Source: an uncultured delta proteobacterium (GTDB lineage Bacteria > Myxococcota_A > Polyangia > Polyangiales > B10-G4). Taken from it: a DNA stretch of 64,000 nt. Shown here piece after piece: positions 61,274 to 64,000 of this stretch. The position numbers and the translations under genes are program-made. The notes under the pieces were generated by a model. The model had not been told where the DNA came from. It saw only the letters and a program-made list of their open reading frames with translations, and did not search any database. The stretch is from positions 352,001 through 416,000 of the forward strand of contig CAVSGI010000006.1 of assembly GCA_963727445.1 (NCBI GenBank). The letters are read 5' to 3'. Each line of letters starts with the position of its first letter. The stretch's first letter is position 1.

Positions 61274-62605
61274 CTATCTTTGGGCGCGGTCGTAGCCTCG
61301 GTTCTGGGCGACGGTGGCGAGGGCGAAGAGGAGGCAGGCGACGACGCCGACCCAGCCCACGGTCTGGAGCGAGGCCCCGTGGACGGCGGCGGCGAGGCCC
61401 ACGGCGCCCAGGACCTGGGCGCCGGGGGAGACCAGGCCGAGAACCACCGCCCGGGCGGCCCCGCGATCGCCGGGCGGGAAGGCCTCGTAGAAGAGGCTGG
61501 AGAGGGGCGTCTTGATCGCGTGCTTCAGCTCCGAGTCCGCGAAGCGCGCGCCGAGCGCCGCGCCGATGCCGGGCGAAAGGAAGATCGCCACCTGCGCGCC
61601 GAGGGTGGCGACGGCATAGAAGAGGTTGGTCTTGGTGAGGCCGAGCTTTTCGAGGACGCGGCCGAGGAGCCCGAGCTGGATCGCTGCGCTGATGACGTTC
61701 GCCCCGGTGGTGTAGAGCGCGAGGAGGGCGGCGAGCTCGTGCTCCGGGGCCCCTTCGAGGAGCGCCTGCTGCTGGTAGCGGAGCGCGAAGCGCACGAAGA
61801 CCATGGCCGCGGTCGAGAGCGCCAGGGCGAGGAGCAGAGGCGAGGAGAGGAGCATGGCGAGCCCGCGCCTTCGCTCCGGCGGGATGCTCGGCGCGGCGTC
61901 TTCTTCGTCCGGCGGCGGGATGCTGTTCAGACTCGACGCGTTGGACGACTCTTCGCCTTCGGCGCGTTCGTCGTCACCGCTCGTCTCGCCGATTGGTCGC
62001 CCGACCACCGTGACCGAGAGCAGCGCGGCGAAGGTGAAGAGCGCCATCGTCACGTAGAGCCCGACGGGCGCGCCCGCGAAGCTCACCAGCGGTGCGAGGG
62101 CCGCCCCGGCGAGCGCGGCGCCGAGACGCGCGGCGGCGTAGACCGCGGGCGTGCCGCGGAGCGCGTGCGTGCCGCGGAGCTGGTGCAGCAGATAGACGCC
62201 CCAGTGAACCGTCACCAGGCTGGCCAGGACCTCCTGGATGACGTAGGCGGCGAGGGCGCCGAGGTCTCCCTGAGTGATCAGCACACGGCCGGCGAGGGCA
62301 CCTCCGGCCGCGATCAGCAGAAGGACGGAGAGCACCCGCTTCGGCTCGCGCGGCCGCGCGAAGCGCGCGTAGAGGAAGGCGAGGGCGGGGCTGATCAACG
62401 CGCGCGCGAAGAGCACCTCTGGCAGCCGATCGGCGCCGGCCCGGGCGACGAAGACCGCCTGCACCGTCGCGTCTCCCGCCGCGACCGCCCCGCCGACCGT
62501 GGCGTAGACCGCGGCCAGCCGCAGAACCGGGCCGAGCTCCTCTCGCGAAAGGCCGGTGATCTTCGAAAGCAAGGGGCCACCATATGCCGGGAGCGGCGCG
62601 CTCAT
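61274..62605 (-). CDS. MFS-fold membrane transporter (NTT/TLC Npt-like)
   Basis: About 12 hydrophobic segments in two halves separated by an acidic loop; start uncertain. Confidence 0.7.
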   Translation of the reverse strand: MSAPLPAYGGPLLSKITGLSREELGPVLRLAAVYATVGGAVAAGDATVQAVFVARAGADRLPEVLFARALISPALAFLYARFARPREPKRVLSVLLLIAAGGALAGRVLITQGDLGALAAYVIQEVLASLVTVHWGVYLLHQLRGTHALRGTPAVYAAARLGAALAGAALAPLVSFAGAPVGLYVTMALFTFAALLSVTVVGRPIGETSGDDERAEGEESSNASSLNSIPPPDEEDAAPSIPPERRRGLAMLLSSPLLLALALSTAAMVFVRFALRYQQQALLEGAPEHELAALLALYTTGANVISAAIQLGLLGRVLEKLGLTKTNLFYAVATLGAQVAIFLSPGIGAALGARFADSELKHAIKTPLSSLFYEAFPPGDRGAARAVVLGLVSPGAQVLGAVGLAAAVHGASLQTVGWVGVVACLLFALATVAQNRGYDRAQR

Positions 62606-62691
62606 CCACTGTCGCGTCGGCGCGCAATCCGCGCCCGACGGGCGAGCGACGACCCTTCTGTGTGATTGCACCAGGCACTAAGCTCGCCCCC

Positions 62692-63654
62692 ATGTGGCGC
62701 CGGGCCCTCGCTCCCATCGCATCGCTCCTCGTGCTTTCGTGCGGCGGTCAGCCGGCCTCCTCGCCTCTGTCGATGGATCCGCGGGGCGAAGGAGCGGGTT
62801 TCACCATCCGCATGCATCGGGACGCGGAGGTCGGAGATCGCTACCGCCTGACCGAGCGCTGGGAGCTCGAGCGAACGACGACCATCCGTCGCGGCGACTC
62901 GGTGGCGCTGGAGGAGGAGCAGCATCGGAGCGCCATCCTCGACGCCGACGTGCTGGTGCTGGCGGTGACGCCCGAGGGCAAGGAGCTCGAGCGCCGCTAC
63001 ACCGTGCGGAGCTTTCGTTACCTCTGGAACGGCGTGCCGGGCGCGCCCATCCCGGCGGGCTCCATCATCCGGGTCATCGCGGCCCGGGATGGACGCGGCG
63101 TGATCGAATGGAACGGGGACGAGCCGCTGCCGCCCGATGCCTCGGCGGCGCTGCGGGCCGTGGTGCACACGGTCGTGCGTCCCGGCACCGAGGACGAGAT
63201 GTTCGGGACGGCGGAAGCGCAGCCCATCGGTGGGCGGTGGCGGATCGACAGCGCTCGCGCCTCCTCCGACCTCTCGGCGGTTCCGGGCCTGAGGGTCGCG
63301 CCGGGCGGCGTCAGCGGCGAGTCGGTGTTGGTCGAAGCCACGCAAGAGGCCGGCATCGACTGCTTGAAGATCGAGACGACGATGGAGGCCGAGGTCAGCG
63401 AGATGCCGCCGCCACGTGAGGGGGCGGTGGTCGAGGAGGCGCGCTTCGACGTGCGCATCCGAGGTCTCTACCCCTTGGAGCGCGGACTGCCGCAGATCGC
63501 CGCGATGCGCCGGACGCGCTTCTACGCGCGAGGACGCATCGAGCCGCCGCCTTCGGACGGGGCCGAGCGGGCAGAGGGCGAAGCGCCGCCCGCGACCGAC
63601 ACCTTCGAGATGGAGGCGACGACCACCGCGCGCCGTCGTGTGATCCCTCAGTGA
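62692..63654 (+). CDS. Hypothetical lipoprotein (beta-rich)
   Basis: MWRRALAPIASLLVLSC lipobox; coding-like GC3. Confidence 0.7.
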   Translation: MWRRALAPIASLLVLSCGGQPASSPLSMDPRGEGAGFTIRMHRDAEVGDRYRLTERWELERTTTIRRGDSVALEEEQHRSAILDADVLVLAVTPEGKELERRYTVRSFRYLWNGVPGAPIPAGSIIRVIAARDGRGVIEWNGDEPLPPDASAALRAVVHTVVRPGTEDEMFGTAEAQPIGGRWRIDSARASSDLSAVPGLRVAPGGVSGESVLVEATQEAGIDCLKIETTMEAEVSEMPPPREGAVVEEARFDVRIRGLYPLERGLPQIAAMRRTRFYARGRIEPPPSDGAERAEGEAPPATDTFEMEATTTARRRVIPQ

Positions 63655-63684
63655 AGGGCGCAGCCGCGGCGCGCGAGTGGCAGC

Positions 63685-64000
63685 TCAGCCCGACTTGACC
63701 CTCAGGGCCACCTCGGGGTCGAGGACGTAGCCGTCGTCGCGCCGGATCAGCACGTCTTTGAGGCCCATCTTCCGCAGCGTGGCCACCGCGACGTAGACCC
63801 GGTTCTTCGCCGCTTCGGGGATCACCTGCTCTCCCGGCCATCCGCGTTCGAGCAGCTCTTCCACCGACAGGGCCTCGTGGCCGTCGCCGGTCCGCGCTTC
63901 GGCGAGAGAAGCGACGATGCGCCTGAGCGGGCCTCGCGTGGCGATGTCCACCACCTCGCCGCCCGGCAGGCGGAACCAGCGCCCGTCCTCGCCGATGAGG
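63685..64000 (-). CDS. C-terminal winged-helix-like domain of a larger regulator (starts beyond the window)
   Basis: RWFRLPGGEVVDI...ALSVEELLERGWPGE...AAKNRVYVAVATLRKMGL...RRDDGYVLDP, an OmpR-like wHTH tail common in myxobacterial ATPase/TPR regulators. Confidence 0.75.
   Translation of the reverse strand, partial: LIGEDGRWFRLPGGEVVDIATRGPLRRIVASLAEARTGDGHEALSVEELLERGWPGEQVIPEAAKNRVYVAVATLRKMGLKDVLIRRDDGYVLDPEVALRVKSG

Overview
High-GC (~70%) chromosomal segment. Gene content (Ser/Thr kinases, a kinase-sigma54 activator fusion, Cys-rich lipoproteins, MJ0042 zinc-ribbon/TPR proteins, HTH-pilMNOPQ-aroKB) points to a myxobacterium, probably Polyangiales/Sandaracinaceae-like; this is an inference. 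About 45 genes: housekeeping (rsmA, deoC, aroKB, sppA, apbE), a type IV pilus assembly operon, a MoxR/DUF58/DUF4350 operon and a cheW-mcp-cheR-cheA chemosensory cluster. No rRNA, tRNA, CRISPR, transposase, integrase or reverse transcriptase was seen. At least seven genes carry frameshifts, mostly single-base insertions, which look like sequencing or assembly errors. The most unusual stretch is a ~1.95 kb intergenic cassette (52790-54734). It holds two convergent, divergent-sequence four-helix-bundle (Avd/23S-IVP-like) genes, each with its ribosome-binding region locked in a perfect 27-29 bp inverted repeat. The genes are separated by a hairpin, adjoin a 7 x 51 bp double-hairpin array, and are bracketed by two GKGARC hexamer tracts. 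A second structured repeat (4 x ~105 bp, ABAB) lies at 11780-12160.
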